Assembly (NCBI RefSeq): GCF_001194135.2 | Contig: NC_068985.1 | Span: forward strand, 25,652,740 to 25,716,739 | Length of the DNA: 64,000 nucleotides | Direction of reading: 5' to 3' | From: Octopus bimaculoides | Lineage: Eukaryota | Part shown: one piece after another, positions 1 to 64,000 of the stretch | How the letters are laid out: each line of letters begins with the position of its first letter | How positions within the stretch are numbered: position 1 is the first letter of the stretch | The notes under the pieces: model-generated | The model's input: only the letters and a program-made list of their open reading frames with translations | Database searches by the model: none | What the model was told of the DNA's origin: nothing | Made by a program: the position numbers and the translations under genes

Positions 1-830
1 ATATATATGTATGTATGTATATAGCCTCTTCAGTAATGCTATGGCACATTGTCTTCAGGCAACCTACCATAGGCATATGCAATATCCCGAATGATTTCAC
101 CAGTGATGCTTGCATAATATCCTGAAGATCTCAAAGTGATCTCATGTGCCTGATATGAGAGTACTGCAGCTGGTGGAAATGACAAGGGTTGAGTTCATGG
201 TTATGATACACCAACTTGGATGGTCTGGTCATCATATCAGTTCAGAGGATAGTTGCATGCCAAAACAGATGCTGTAAGGTAAGTTGTAGCAAGGAAATTG
301 TCCCCAGTGCAAGCTGCACAAGTGTTTCAAAGACAATTTTAAAGACATGCTTTAAAAGATCAATTTCGATATTAACATGTGGGAAGATATTTAATCAGGT
401 AGGAAGCTGTGGAGGAATCTGATTGCTACTGATATAAAAGAATTTGAAAACAGCAGGGTTGCTTTCACTGATTTGAAAAGTGCTGATAAATATATGGAGA
501 ATGTGATTTGTCTCCCTGAAATGGGCACAAAAGAGTCTTTTCCATATGGCCAGTGTGGGCCACATTAACTTCTCAAAAGTAGACCTACTCAGCCATAAAC
601 GTAGTCAAAGAGGTGCCCCACCTACCATTGTGATATCTAGCATTTTTTCTCACACACCTTGTGTAGTAGGGTGTGCAGGTCACCCAGGAGACTCACTGGG
701 CATTGTAGGTCCCATTGTAGGTCAAGCTGTTGCTGGAAGGCTGACTTATTGTCAGTGTGGAATGACTTGTAGCTCTTTTGTAGGCCTTAAAAGCCATATG
801 AGATATCATCAGTAACAAGAAGACCAAATG
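1..830 (+). mobile_element. Decayed RTE/BovB-like LINE 3' end with C2H2 zinc-finger remnants
   Basis: Fragments GWSGHH...MPKQML, CGHINFSKVDLLSHKR and YCQCGMTCSSFVGLKSHMRYHQ* resemble RTE ORF C-termini; many stops. Confidence 0.6.
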
Positions 831-1072
831 TGTGATGTTCCTTAAAGTAAGGGTTTAAGAAGTGATCTTATTTGATCACAAGTCAATTTCCACAATGTAT
901 GTATGTATGTAAGTATGTATGTATGTATGTATGTATGTATGTATGTATGTATGTATGTATGTATGCATGTATGTATGTATGTATGTGTTATGCATGCCTA
1001 GTACAAGATAGGGATACTAAATAGGGAAACTGGAATAAATTGCAAAACAGGAAATAGGAAATAAACCCTTAC

Positions 1073-62597
<61,525 letters not shown>

Positions 62598-62954
62598 CTG
62601 CACAAATAAATAAAAATAGTCAATATAGATTAATACACCAGAAAAAGAAAAAGAAAGCATTTAACACTCTGCTAAATAATCAAAATTAATCAGTGCAAAA
62701 GAGTCATCCAAATATGAATTGAATAAAGTAAAAGCAGAGAAATGATAGTAACATCTAAATATAGAGTAAATGATATGATATTAAAAGAAATTATACTGAT
62801 ACATAGTAACAATACCCATTTTATTTTATTTCCATTTTGGGAAGATTTGAAGCTAATGTTTGTAATTGCCTGTTTCATATATCAGCAATTTCTAATACTT
62901 TTTAGCTCAGAAGATTGTCATCTCAAACCCAGCATAAAGTGCAGACCATATTCA

Positions 62955-63122
62955 TCATCATCCTCATCATCATCGTTTAACGTCCGCTTTCTATGCTAGC
63001 ATGGGTTGGACGATTTGACTGAGGACTGATGAACCAGAATTACAACTCATGTGTGTATGTATGTAAGTATGTATGTAGGTATGTGTGTGTATATATAATA
63101 TATATACATACATACACAAACA

Positions 63123-63220
<98 letters not shown>

Positions 63221-63320
63221 TGGCACAGGAGCCAGACAGCTGCTCTGGCAATGATCCAGCTCGGATGGTGCTGTTAGCGCTCCACTGGCACAGGTGCCAG
63301 TCATCGAATTTGGTTCAATT
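62955..63320 (-). mobile_element. RTE-family 3' UTR interrupted by microsatellites
   Basis: catcatcgtttaacgtccgctttctatgctagcatgggttggacg. Confidence 0.7.
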
Positions 63321-64000
63321 TCGATTTCTCCCCTACAGTTTTTTAACTTCTACAGACAAATTTACTGTAGTTACTGTAGAGAAGTTTTCTCTTATGATAA
63401 AGGTGTGAAAGCACTACATCTGCCCAGTGTTTCATCCGCATGGACTCCCAGACATTTTTCTGGCTCTTTAGCCTTCTTCAGTAGAAGATACCTAAGAGAG
63501 ATAACCCTGGGTAGTTAAAATATGTCACAAACATATTTAAACTAACCTAAGGTTCGTTTATTCCTCATCACTGCTTAGCACTCATAATTCTATATTTATT
63601 CCAGCCAGCTGGTCCACAAAACAACTCAGTCATCAATACTGACTGTTATAAAATGAAGCTACAGATTCAGAATCTACCCTGGGTTATGTCTCTTTGATAT
63701 CTCGTACTGAGGAATGCTAAGAAGCCAGAAATGTGTCTGGAAGTCTGCTCAGGTTAAGCATTGGGCAGATATTGTGTTTTTATGTCTTTTACCATAAGAG
63801 AGAATTTTTCTCCATGGTAACTACAGAAGAAATGCCTTTAGAAGTTAAAGAATGTTACAAATATATTTAAACTAATCTAAAGGTTGTTTATTCCTCATTA
63901 CTGCTTAGCACTGATACTGCTGTGTGTATGTGTGTGTGTGTGTAATATATATATATATATTACTCTTGTACTCTTTTACTTGTTTCAGTCATCTGAGTGT

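Noticed and set aside
62598-64000. An additional upstream cadherin exon or gene start
   Set aside because: No cadherin-like frame with splice sites was found; the region is repeats, so the 5' end lies outside the window.

Overview
Repeat-rich, AT-rich animal genomic DNA with several N gaps. The microsatellite load, tRNA-derived SINE families and RTE LINEs suggest a cephalopod such as Octopus (inferred, not proven). The whole window lies inside one minus-strand cadherin gene. I assembled 33 GT-AG exons by hand (62597 down to 1073; 4899 nt, 1633 aa, phases consistent, no stops); the gene continues past both window ends. The 5' part resembles the PCDH15/Cad99C family: a DGDDxxP linker, a Cys-pair loop, and a similar order of canonical and non-canonical calcium linkers. 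After the ninth inferred EC repeat the gene switches to an array of alternating phase-0 short/long exons. That array encodes at least 8 atypical repeats with an RNxxxP linker and no DRE/DYE motif. The introns hold RTE, Tx1-like and mariner remnants, several SINE families, many fold-back elements, and multiple hammerhead-ribozyme-like motifs arranged as inverted pairs.
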